Counted from the stretch's first letter, positions 17,216-25,401 are shown. The stretch is DNA of 64,000 bases from a virus (IMGVR_UViG_3300005719_000002:11485-75484), one strand, 5' to 3'. A program made the numbers and translations. The notes: generated by a model from the sequence alone, not told the origin.

Positions 17216-18010
17216 ATGCGCCAAAGTGATGAAGACAGAGATAAGCGTCAAATTCCGCATGATGACGTTGCTTATGGCGATATAGTACCGCGTCCCGATC
17301 CGACAACGCTCACAACTCGCCAGCTTGAGCGCGAGATTGCCGCACTCTCTGAAATCTTTGAAGCCAAACTCAGGGCGCTTACTGAGCGGGTTAATACTTT
17401 TGAAACCGGCAGTAAGGAAGCCTTAGTTGCCGCCGCCCAAAACATTCAGACCGGATTAGATAAAGCCGAAAAGAGCATCGTTGTTTCGATTGACAAGGTT
17501 CAGAGCGAACAGCGTAATGCCCTCACCGATGCCGAGAAGCGGGTCAATGAGAAGTTTGAAGGGTTAATAAAATCTATAGATGAAAAGTTCTCACAGCATC
17601 GAGTGGTTGATGACGAAAAATTCCGCAGTATTGAGGTTCAGTTTGTAGAAAGGGACAGGCGCACCGAACAATTGTCGTTGGCGGACAAGACGGCCATCGC
17701 CGCAGCACTTCAAGCTCAGAAAGAAGCTGCGGGCGCAACGAACGAAAGTAATGCCGCAGCTATTTCTAAAAGCGAATCGGCATTCACAAAACAGATCGAT
17801 CAAATCTATACACTTGTGGCATCAACCACCAAGAGTACTGATGACAAAATCAACGATCTCAAATCGCGCTTAGATCGCGGCGAAGGGAAAACGGTTGGAA
17901 CACAGGAAACGAAAACCGAGCAACGGGATAACGGTAAATACCTGATTGCTGTTCTAGGACTACTACTCGCTATCCTTGCGTTTATTGTGGGCAAAGGTGG
18001 GCTTCACTAA
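17216..18010 (+). CDS. Coiled-coil protein with C-terminal TM anchor
   Basis: Heptad-rich; YLIAVLGLLLAILAFIVG at the C-terminus. Confidence 0.7.
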   Translation: MRQSDEDRDKRQIPHDDVAYGDIVPRPDPTTLTTRQLEREIAALSEIFEAKLRALTERVNTFETGSKEALVAAAQNIQTGLDKAEKSIVVSIDKVQSEQRNALTDAEKRVNEKFEGLIKSIDEKFSQHRVVDDEKFRSIEVQFVERDRRTEQLSLADKTAIAAALQAQKEAAGATNESNAAAISKSESAFTKQIDQIYTLVASTTKSTDDKINDLKSRLDRGEGKTVGTQETKTEQRDNGKYLIAVLGLLLAILAFIVGKGGLH

Positions 18011-18021
18011 GAGGGTGGCTG

Positions 18022-18225
18022 ATGGACAATCTTGACTGGAAACTCTGCTGGAAGTGCGGTGAGCGCAAGCCGTCAAGGGAGTTCCTGTCACCTTTAGATG
18101 GCGAGTGCCTCAACTGCCATATGAAAAAGACAGACAAAGCGGACACTTTCGATGTAGTATGTGGACGGGCAGCAAAATTGAGGGGCACGGAGTTTTTAAC
18201 ACATGAGAACCTTTCACGAAGTTGA
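18022..18225 (+). CDS. Small Cys-containing protein
   Basis: SD GAGGG; CWKC and CLNC motifs. Confidence 0.5.
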   Translation: MDNLDWKLCWKCGERKPSREFLSPLDGECLNCHMKKTDKADTFDVVCGRAAKLRGTEFLTHENLSRS

Positions 18226-18448
18226 GCGCGGCGGCAATCTTGATTTCTTGCTCCGTGGGTTTAATGGAGCCGTCAACAAGCTGGCAGACGCCATTGGCGG
18301 CGGATTAAAAGCAGTCGCCTTGGCGCTCTCGACGCCTCAAGACAATTCTGCTCAGGTGCAGGCAGAAATTGACAAGCAAGTGGCACTACTTAACGCCGGA
18401 ACCGCCGTGGTTCAGGACGCAATCAACCAGCAAACAAAGGAGAGTTAA
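18203..18448 (+). CDS. Small helical hypothetical protein
   Basis: Co-directional; tight packing with the next gene. Confidence 0.55.
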   Translation: MRTFHEVERGGNLDFLLRGFNGAVNKLADAIGGGLKAVALALSTPQDNSAQVQAEIDKQVALLNAGTAVVQDAINQQTKES

Positions 18449-18449
18449 A

Positions 18450-18680
18450 ATGGCAGTAGACCTAACAGGACTTCGCGCGTCGGTATCGAACGCAACCACA
18501 GTGGACGCTTCCGGTGCGGCGCTTATTCGCGGCATCTCGCAGATGATTAAGGACGCGATTGCCGCAGACGACTTACAGGACTCGGCAGCTATCAATGAAG
18601 TGGTCACGCTTCTGGATGGCGGGACGACCGATTTGGCAGCGGCGATTGCTGAGCATACGCCAGCAGCGCCACCGGCGTAA
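18450..18680 (+). CDS. Small Ala-rich helical protein
   Basis: SD AAGGAG; MAVDLTGLRASVSNATTVDASGAALIRG. Confidence 0.65.
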   Translation: MAVDLTGLRASVSNATTVDASGAALIRGISQMIKDAIAADDLQDSAAINEVVTLLDGGTTDLAAAIAEHTPAAPPA

Positions 18681-18860
18681 CCGAACCTTCGCAAACACAG
18701 AACCCGACTGTAACACTGTGCAGGAGTATTAAACTGCAAAATGTGATTCATGGCGACCGCTAACGTACTTCATGAACGAAACTGGGCAGCAACGGAGAAC
18801 GGGAGAAGTACAGCAACTCCGTTGCAATCCCAGTTGCAACACGGAACATGGAGAGCGTTC

Positions 18861-19295
18861 ATGACCAAACCAACGACCACACCACGTTGGATGCAGCTTG
18901 TTACTCATGGTGCGCTCATTGTTACGATTTTGGTCGGCGTCGTTTCTTATGGGCGGTCGGCGGGGCGGACAGAAGTTGCTCTGGCGAACTACAACAAGGT
19001 TCCGGGGATTCAGGCAAACGTGGACTCCCTCGCCACGCAACTGAACAAGATCGAAGGGTTGATTAGCACGCAGAATGAGAAAACCAATCAAACCCTGGAC
19101 AGCCAGAACCGGCGCATCGACGCTACTCAGCAACAGATTGCCGCGTTAACCCAGCAACTTAACGCCCTTAACAATTCCTTCGGTTCAGTATGGGCGCTCG
19201 CTCAGTCGGACAGTAACAAGATGTCCAAGCTGGAAGGTATGCTCACCGCAATGCAACTTCAGCAACAGCAGCAACAGCGCAAGGAGAAAAACTAA
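18861..19295 (+). CDS. N-terminally membrane-anchored coiled-coil protein (i-spanin-like topology)
   Basis: SD GGAGAG; TM ALIVTILVGVVSY, then a Gln/Asn coiled coil. Confidence 0.6.
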   Translation: MTKPTTTPRWMQLVTHGALIVTILVGVVSYGRSAGRTEVALANYNKVPGIQANVDSLATQLNKIEGLISTQNEKTNQTLDSQNRRIDATQQQIAALTQQLNALNNSFGSVWALAQSDSNKMSKLEGMLTAMQLQQQQQQRKEKN

Positions 19296-19727
19296 ATGTC
19301 GAATGGTCATCCCCCGCAGTGCGACCCAGCGTGTCAAAAGCTGATTCTGGATGGTGACTTGGCGGGAAGTGTGTACGCGCTCACAGGCGAGCGTATCGCA
19401 GTCCAGTCAGGGTTTGGCAATCCACCGAGTCTAATGAAAGCGCTGGACGCAGGCGAGGCAAGTTTTCTGGTTTTTGCGGAGGCTGTAGTTCTGAGCACGG
19501 GTGGTGAGGTTCCAGCGCTCGGCAAAGGAACAATCAGCAACCGCGTCACCGCGCTCGTAGCCGCCTTCACTAACGTCTGTGAGCAGATCGAGCATCACGG
19601 CTCGCTGGCTAATGCTGACGATGCGGTTGTTGCTTTGATTACTGCGGAGAACTGCGCGTTTAACTTCATGCGGGCGTTTCTTGAGGCCGTGGGCTATACG
19701 GGGCCGTGGCCGAAGTGCCTGTCTTAG
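19296..19727 (+). CDS. Hypothetical helical protein
   Basis: Starts directly after the upstream stop; SD AAGGAG. Confidence 0.6.
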   Translation: MSNGHPPQCDPACQKLILDGDLAGSVYALTGERIAVQSGFGNPPSLMKALDAGEASFLVFAEAVVLSTGGEVPALGKGTISNRVTALVAAFTNVCEQIEHHGSLANADDAVVALITAENCAFNFMRAFLEAVGYTGPWPKCLS

Positions 19728-19781
19728 CCGCCCACCTAAAACTTGTAGCTTTCCCTTGGCGTCAGGGGTAGAATGGCTGGC

Positions 19782-19946
19782 GTGAGAATCCTCGAAACCG
19801 ACGACGAAACGTTGATAATTCCAATCAACCGGCGCACTCATAAGGTCTCCATTCGCGACGAAACCGATACGCATCAGACTGTTTACATTGAACCGCTCAA
19901 CCCTGAGCCAACCAAACAGGAAGAAGCTAGAGCTTCAACACAGTAG
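19782..19946 (+). CDS. Small acidic protein (54 aa)
   Basis: Open frame MRILETDDETLIIPINRR...; TAGAAT 7 nt upstream; its stop abuts the next SD. Confidence 0.4.
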   Translation: MRILETDDETLIIPINRRTHKVSIRDETDTHQTVYIEPLNPEPTKQEEARASTQ

Positions 19947-19958
19947 GAGGAAACTACA

Positions 19959-20144
19959 ATGCCGCTTTCGATGCTATTCTGGGTCTTGTTCATCATCTGG
20001 GTTTTGTTCGGCGGGTGGAGCTACTACGAAGGCGGCGTATTGCGCTGGCGTCCGCTTGGTGGCCATCTATTGCTCGGCATTCTGATCTTCCTGCTTGGCT
20101 GGGGTGTCTATGGCTTCCTAGTCACGGGCGGTGGGCACAGATAA
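19959..20144 (+). CDS. Two-TM small membrane protein (holin-like)
   Basis: SD GGAGG; two hydrophobic segments. Confidence 0.6.
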   Translation: MPLSMLFWVLFIIWVLFGGWSYYEGGVLRWRPLGGHLLLGILIFLLGWGVYGFLVTGGGHR

Positions 20145-20153
20145 GGAGAACCT

Positions 20154-20465
20154 ATGAACGCATTTCTCAGCCACGTCCTTGGCATCAACTGGCGTACCAC
20201 CATCCTCGGTGTCGGCGTAATTGTCGGCGCCGTTGGGCGCATCGCGCTGGCCTTCCGCTCCAAGCACTACGACTTCACGGCGTTGGCTGAAGATGGGCAG
20301 TTGATTATGACGACGGCAGGGGCGCTGCTTGCAGGTCTGGGGTTGGTGATTGCGAAAGACTCAAGCGTAACCGGCGTGGGCAGCGCGGCCAAGGCCGTTG
20401 ACAGTTCAGGCGCGATAACGAATGTTGAAGGTGATAAGGTTGGTCAACAGCCGACTAAGGAGTAA
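20154..20465 (+). CDS. Holin-like two-TM membrane protein
   Basis: SD AAGGAG; NWRTTILGVG and GLGLVIAKDS resemble phage holin-type proteins. Confidence 0.55.
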   Translation: MNAFLSHVLGINWRTTILGVGVIVGAVGRIALAFRSKHYDFTALAEDGQLIMTTAGALLAGLGLVIAKDSSVTGVGSAAKAVDSSGAITNVEGDKVGQQPTKE

Positions 20466-20468
20466 TTC

Positions 20469-21008
20469 ATGAATACCGATCAAAGCAAACGCGATTTCCT
20501 GCGACTGGCTGGTACGGGTGCGGCCGGATTGGCTCTCGGCGGTGTCATCGCTCCGGTTAGCGCACCTAACACCCCAGAGCCGTCTTGCAGCAAAAAGAGC
20601 ATCGAGATAGAAGTCTCAACAGCAATTTCGTTTCTCAACAAAGTCTCATCGCTATTACCCGCCAAAGCGCAAATCATCGCCAAGGTGGTTGGCGCACTCA
20701 ACGATTTCAATGCCGCGTATCAGGCTGGGAAGTTCGACTCGGCCGGCGCGTTTCTGGCTAACGCATCAGTTCTGTTTGAGCAGTTGCTTGGCGACATTGG
20801 GGTCAATCTGAATCCCACGGTGAAGATTGCGCTGGCGATTGTGGATGCCGCTATTTCGGCCATCGCAGTTTTGATGAAATCCCAGTCGAACGCACCAGGA
20901 GTCGCAGCGGTCATAAGCGCGGCCACACCTGAGCAACAAAAGCAGATGGCAATTATTGAGAAGCGCGCGGCACATGCAGAGCAGTTGTTTGCGGCGATTC
21001 AACGCTGA
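20469..21008 (+). CDS. Exported helical protein with Tat-like signal (SKRDFLR)
   Basis: SKRDFLRLAG followed by a Gly/Ala hydrophobic region. Confidence 0.55.
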   Translation: MNTDQSKRDFLRLAGTGAAGLALGGVIAPVSAPNTPEPSCSKKSIEIEVSTAISFLNKVSSLLPAKAQIIAKVVGALNDFNAAYQAGKFDSAGAFLANASVLFEQLLGDIGVNLNPTVKIALAIVDAAISAIAVLMKSQSNAPGVAAVISAATPEQQKQMAIIEKRAAHAEQLFAAIQR

Positions 21009-21198
21009 GATTTGTGCTCCTCGTTTCAATGTTATCTGACGGTAGCCGCTCAATCCTGAGAATCGTTTCCCAAGCCTCTACTCGGCAAGCCTCACAGCGT
21101 CCTGAGACGTGGCCTTTTTGCAAACAGTCGATACAGAGATTTGTGGGGCTGACTGTTTCGCGGTCACAGTGATTGTAGCGGTTCATGGTTCGCCTCAA
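20953..21198 (-). CDS. Small Cys-motif protein
   Basis: ATGA overlap with the mom stop; CIDC and CEAC. Confidence 0.45.
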   Translation of the reverse strand: MRRTMNRYNHCDRETVSPTNLCIDCLQKGHVSGRCEACRVEAWETILRIERLPSDNIETRSTNLSVESPQTTALHVPRASQ

Positions 21199-21959
21199 AG
21201 TATTGGAGCGGCGTCGTGGAACTGCCCCACGCTCTCATTGACGGAATCAATGCGTGTCTCTCCTGACACTTCCACCGCCCGCTTGGGATAAGGCTCTAGC
21301 GGCCAAAGTAGCTGACCTCGTAATTCTTTTCGTTCTTTCTTAGAGCCGAGGAGGTAGACGTATCGCCCCTTACGCTTTCTAGGGGCTTTAGTCATCCAGG
21401 GCTTAATCACACCAACGCAACCAGTAATCCGCTTGCCATTGCCGTCAAAGTAATCAGGTCGAACCGCAGTCAGCCCGCAGTAAATCCAATTTGTTGCTTG
21501 GTACACCGTTCCGATTTCGCCAGCTTCAGGATCAGAAAAGGCGATAACTATTCTGTAACCGCGCTTCTCTATTTCTCTCAAGCCAAAGGCGATTAATTTA
21601 CTAGCCGAGTGCGGGTGTGCCCAATGAACACAAGCACCCCTGCCTAACTGAACAACCTTCGATGTGTTGGATTGGCCTGCGACTGAGGAACCTAAGCTTG
21701 GAGGCGTCGGAGCACCGAAAACTATAACGCCGCCAAGTTTGCCATCAAAGAAAATACCAAAACAACAAACAGCAGCAGGATACATTGTTCCCAACCATTC
21801 GTATTCCTCGATAATCCCGCGTGCTGTTATGAAATCCACTTCCCTACAAACGGCCTTCTCGATAGACGTGTCAATTTCTTCCCACCATGCGCCGAACAAA
21901 TTAGCAGACGCATCGGTTAAGGCTTTCTTTTCTCTTATCTGTCTTTGCCAAGCCTTCAC
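21195..21959 (-). CDS. mom: Mom-family adenine-modifying (GNAT-fold) enzyme
   Basis: GIFFDGKLGGVIVFG, QLGRGAC, SKLIAFGLR, IVIAFSDPEAGEIGTVYQATNWIYCG. Confidence 0.85.
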   Translation of the reverse strand: MKAWQRQIREKKALTDASANLFGAWWEEIDTSIEKAVCREVDFITARGIIEEYEWLGTMYPAAVCCFGIFFDGKLGGVIVFGAPTPPSLGSSVAGQSNTSKVVQLGRGACVHWAHPHSASKLIAFGLREIEKRGYRIVIAFSDPEAGEIGTVYQATNWIYCGLTAVRPDYFDGNGKRITGCVGVIKPWMTKAPRKRKGRYVYLLGSKKERKELRGQLLWPLEPYPKRAVEVSGETRIDSVNESVGQFHDAAPIL

Positions 21960-21963
21960 GCTT

Positions 21964-22113
21964 TCACCTCAAAGTAATCGAGAGCCATTGAGCCGCTTTC
22001 ATGGCGGCGCATAGGCAACGGGAGTATCCTGCAAACACTCCGTTATAATAAACTGCGTAAGTTATCAACCGTTCACCGTTCTTGGTGCGCCAAATCTGCG
22101 GAGTTATTTTCAT
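21964..22113 (-). CDS. Small hypothetical protein (49 aa)
   Basis: ATGA overlap with the MTase stop; fills the gap to mom. Confidence 0.5.
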   Translation of the reverse strand: MKITPQIWRTKNGERLITYAVYYNGVFAGYSRCLCAAMKAAQWLSITLR

Positions 22114-22643
22114 TTGAATTCCACCTTCACGACTCCGAATGATCGGTACTCTCGCGCAAAGGCTTCTACGTTCTCACCGTAGTAAGTAACCACGCTTCCT
22201 TTGGAAACGCCTTTCTTAATCGTCCCATCTGGTAGTCTGTAATTCGTGCGCGGGGTTAGATAACATTGCGGACGTTTAGCGAGCGGCTGAAACCACCTCT
22301 CGGACGTACAAGCGTAAGTAATACAACACGCCTCGGTTGTGCGAACTTCGCGATATTCGCGCTCCAGATAATTGATCCACTTTGGATTCTGAACGAGGCC
22401 GAACGGGTGATTCATCCAGACTCGACCGTGCCAAGGCTGCTTAAGACCGTCTTCCTTGATCGTGTAGACATGCGTGGCTTTTACGAATTGATTTGCGGCT
22501 TCACTACTTGCGGGATCAAGATCGATACCGCCCATGACACGACGCGCCGCCTCAACGATTTCGACAGGCGTGTAGTACTCAGCTTCACCCGAAGTCTGGT
22601 TGATCAACTGATGCGATTCCAATGTGCCTCCCTCAACACCCAA
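22110..22643 (-). CDS. Phage N6-adenine DNA methyltransferase (Dam-like), motif IV variant NHPF
   Basis: EYYTP...IDLDPAS...DGLKQPWHGRVWMNHPF; probable TTG start at 22622. Confidence 0.85.
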   Translation of the reverse strand: MGVEGGTLESHQLINQTSGEAEYYTPVEIVEAARRVMGGIDLDPASSEAANQFVKATHVYTIKEDGLKQPWHGRVWMNHPFGLVQNPKWINYLEREYREVRTTEACCITYACTSERWFQPLAKRPQCYLTPRTNYRLPDGTIKKGVSKGSVVTYYGENVEAFAREYRSFGVVKVEFK

Positions 22644-22652
22644 GCCGCCATG

Positions 22653-22877
22653 CTACTCTGCGACAGCAGCATTCGCCATAGAGGTCAGCTTTGGGTCAGT
22701 GACACCCCGCCTCTTCCCCGCATCAGACCGCTTAGCACGCGGCTTGGCAGGTTTGGTTGCAGCAAAGCGGGCATCCTTGATTGCCTTCAGCACCTGCATC
22801 ATAAAGTCCAGCTCAGACTCACTGGCGGTCTGCGCATAAGTTGTGAATCGCGTGATGTCGCTGATTCGTTTTGCCAT
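22653..22877 (-). CDS. Small basic protein (H-NS-like composition)
   Basis: SD GAAAGGA; helical N-half, basic KPRAKRSDAGKRRG tail. Confidence 0.55.
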   Translation of the reverse strand: MAKRISDITRFTTYAQTASESELDFMMQVLKAIKDARFAATKPAKPRAKRSDAGKRRGVTDPKLTSMANAAVAE

Positions 22878-23015
22878 ATCATCCTTTCAATCGGTCGGTT
22901 AAATCGCAGGGGAGCAGCCGTACCTTTGCTTTGATTGACAGCCACTCCCCCATTCCCACAGCAACCCAGGCGACGGTTGCGGCGTCGTCAGGCTGCGGTG
23001 TGAGAAACTAAACGA

Positions 23016-23615
23016 TCACTGCCCCAGCACCCACAACCGCACACAATTCCCACTGATCGTCCCCGTACTCAGCCGCGAGCGGTCGATACCACGCTGGTTG
23101 ACGAAGTAGTCGATGGCGGTCTGAACCTGCGCCGCCTCAACCAACCCTCGTGTCCACGGGTCGTGGTGAAGCTCAATGGCGAAGTTATCCAGACGGGCTT
23201 TCAGGTCGTCACTCTTGCACCCGCAACACGCATCAAACAGCTTCGGCGGTACGACTTCCGGTGCTTCCGGTTTGGGTGGTTCTGGTGTCGGGCACGGTGT
23301 TGGTGCTGGCGCAACCGGCGCAGGTGGAATCACAGGTGGTGTGTAAGTCACCGTCAATGTCGTCACGCACTTGGCTCGAATAGTCACAGTGCGAGTCACG
23401 AATGCGCCATCGCTGACAGCGGTGACGATAGTATGCACCCCAACCACCAACTCAAACGATTGACTCCCGTAATAGACTGGCACTGCTGCCCCACCATCAA
23501 TCGTCACCGTGAGCGGGGTATCGGTGGTGATGATCAGCGTACCCGACTTTGGTTTCGCCATTGCAGTTGAAGCGCAGAGTAAGATGATCGCGAATAAAAG
23601 AGTTTGGGTTTTCAT
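23016..23615 (-). CDS. Secreted PEGA-like, Pro-linker, OmpA-like (KARLDNFAIEL) protein
   Basis: Signal peptide MKTQTLLFAIILLCASTAMA; KARLDNFAIEL...YFVNQRGIDRSRL. Confidence 0.7.
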   Translation of the reverse strand: MKTQTLLFAIILLCASTAMAKPKSGTLIITTDTPLTVTIDGGAAVPVYYGSQSFELVVGVHTIVTAVSDGAFVTRTVTIRAKCVTTLTVTYTPPVIPPAPVAPAPTPCPTPEPPKPEAPEVVPPKLFDACCGCKSDDLKARLDNFAIELHHDPWTRGLVEAAQVQTAIDYFVNQRGIDRSRLSTGTISGNCVRLWVLGQ

Positions 23616-24052
23616 TGTGTTTCGTCTTCCTTTTTTGGTGGCTCGCCTGTGCCCTTGCACATCGCGCACGTTTCTCTGCGAAGCTGATTCGTTACTTTCG
23701 CTACACCTGCGGGTACGCCTTCCGGCCTAATAAGAAGAGTTCCAATGCCTCGACACTGCGGACAAACCAGCGGAGCAGGCAATTCGGTCTGTTCATCACC
23801 GTTGAGAAACCGGATAGCTTCGCGAGCAATGAGATTCCAGTATGAGCGTGTTGTTCCTTCTGCGACCCACGATGTCATAACGGAATCCTCCGATAGTTCC
23901 AGACCGTCGTTGACTCGCGTGTGTTCGATTCGTAATTGCTTGGAGCACATTCGTCGATACTCAACCTGATCGATCAAGTGCCGTCGATGTAGCGCTCGCG
24001 CCAAAGCGTTCGCTAGTTCAACCGTGCAATTTGCCAACCCTACTGAGGGCAT
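23612..24052 (-). CDS. Hypothetical protein with C-terminal DnaJ-type Zn motifs
   Basis: SD AAGGAG; CPQCRGIG and CAMCKGTG. Confidence 0.6.
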   Translation of the reverse strand: MPSVGLANCTVELANALARALHRRHLIDQVEYRRMCSKQLRIEHTRVNDGLELSEDSVMTSWVAEGTTRSYWNLIAREAIRFLNGDEQTELPAPLVCPQCRGIGTLLIRPEGVPAGVAKVTNQLRRETCAMCKGTGEPPKKEDETQ

Positions 24053-24399
24053 CGTCGTCTCCTTTGCCGAATTATCATCACCAGACAACCCGCACCGAAC
24101 AGTACCCACGTCGCCGGTTCCGGCACCGGAGTAGTCGGCTGCGGCGTCGGCGCAACCACCACAGTCGGCGGCGGTGTCTCAGCCCCACGATGGATGAACA
24201 GCAGCGGCACACCCGCAACCGGCAGCAGCCACGGCCACCAGACCGCTTTGTGCTCACAGTCGCAGTCAACCGAGTCAATGGACACCAGCAGGGAGCCTTG
24301 GGCGGGTGATTGGGGTTGCTGGGTCAGGTAATCGGCCACGGTCATCGGTGTCGCGGAGGCGACGGATGCCAGCAGTAGGATTGTTAGAATGATTTTCAT
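24040..24399 (-). CDS. PEP-CTERM (exosortase-sorted) surface protein
   Basis: Signal peptide; C-terminal VPEPATWVLFGAGCLVMII-RQRRRR. Confidence 0.85.
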   Translation of the reverse strand: MKIILTILLLASVASATPMTVADYLTQQPQSPAQGSLLVSIDSVDCDCEHKAVWWPWLLPVAGVPLLFIHRGAETPPPTVVVAPTPQPTTPVPEPATWVLFGAGCLVMIIRQRRRRCPQ

Positions 24400-24427
24400 A
24401 GTAATTCTCAGCCTTGAGTATTGAAGT

Positions 24428-24568
24428 TGCGCGGGGTCGGATTCGACAGCCGACTCCTTTTCCGGTTCCGTGTACTTTGGAACCATAGGGGCGTTACGGT
24501 TACTAGCTGACGTTGCCAGCCTTCGCTATCAACCCCGATCTGCGTGTGTCCTTCCACACCGCCCGCGC
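24428..24568 (-). ncRNA. tRNA-like RNA of 141 nt with an expanded central domain
   Basis: Perfect acceptor stem GCGCGGG/CCCGCGC+A, D-arm GTGT-GGAAGG-ACAC, T-stem GTCGG/CCGAC with loop CTGTCGAAT. Confidence 0.6.
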
Positions 24569-24624
24569 AACATCTGGTAGGCCGAAGCTGTCCTATTCGG
24601 TAGCGGGATCGGCATTCAGTTTGG

Positions 24625-24957
24625 TTAAGTGCGAATGAACGCGCCTCGATTTCCGTCTTTTGGTCGCGCTCTCCCACCTTCTTTACCGCGTCGTAACACT
24701 TCGCCAAAATGCGATTGCTTCGTCAATACTCGAATACCGCTGCCATCTGGCGATCTCAACTCGCGACTCCCGATAGGTTCATAGCCCTCGATATGGATTA
24801 AATAACGACGGTGGCATTTGAATGCAGCAGGGCTGTCAGTATGCATCTTGACCATGCGCTTATTGCCCAGCCACGCACTTGTACCAAAGAGCGTTCCTGA
24901 ACAGTGCTCAGGAGGCGTTCCGCATAATACCTTTCTCATTCTCATTCCCTCCCACAC
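24625..24957 (-). CDS. Hypothetical protein
   Basis: Operon position and strand. Confidence 0.5.
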   Translation of the reverse strand: MWEGMRMRKVLCGTPPEHCSGTLFGTSAWLGNKRMVKMHTDSPAAFKCHRRYLIHIEGYEPIGSRELRSPDGSGIRVLTKQSHFGEVLRRGKEGGRARPKDGNRGAFIRT

Positions 24958-24966
24958 GCTTGCGCG

Positions 24967-25155
24967 TCAGCTTCGACCAGAAACTTTCGAATACGTACCG
25001 CTCGGATAAGCGACCCACACAAAAACAACTGCTACTAATTGAACTGTCAGTGTGCGCCACAATCCGAACTCAGGACGCCCCATCGCAAGCCCCGAGAGCC
25101 ACGCGACAATCACCGCAATACTGAACCATTGGCGATTTAATTGAGAATCACTCAT
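24967..25155 (-). CDS. Small membrane protein
   Basis: Two hydrophobic segments. Confidence 0.5.
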   Translation of the reverse strand: MSDSQLNRQWFSIAVIVAWLSGLAMGRPEFGLWRTLTVQLVAVVFVWVAYPSGTYSKVSGRS

Positions 25156-25182
25156 CTCACCCCTCTCAGCTTCGACCAGAAG

Positions 25183-25401
25183 TCAGCCAACTTGCCATGA
25201 TTCGCCTGAGTTAATTTCTTTATAAACCACTAAGTAAGCCGCGATTTTGATCTGTTCTCGCTTCACTAATTCCGCACCGACTGCCCCGCTCATCTTTTCC
25301 ATTTGCTCAGCCATGCCTTTGCCCGAATCGATCTGAATCTGTAACCATTCAGAGAATCGGCGCTTCTCTTCGTCTGTTAATAAAGCACCGCCCATCACCA
25401 C
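25183..25401 (-). CDS. Small helical hypothetical protein
   Basis: SD GAAGGA; operon packing. Confidence 0.55.
   Translation of the reverse strand: MVMGGALLTDEEKRRFSEWLQIQIDSGKGMAEQMEKMSGAVGAELVKREQIKIAAYLVVYKEINSGESWQVG

Noticed and set aside
24428-24568. Canonical tRNA or tmRNA
   Set aside because: C at position 8, 9-nt T-loop, no 7-nt anticodon loop at the normal position, no G3-U70 alanine identity, and too short for tmRNA.
24408-24707. 99-aa ORF covering the tRNA-like element
   Set aside because: No recognisable motif, it overlaps the upstream gene, and the nested perfect stems are better explained as RNA structure.
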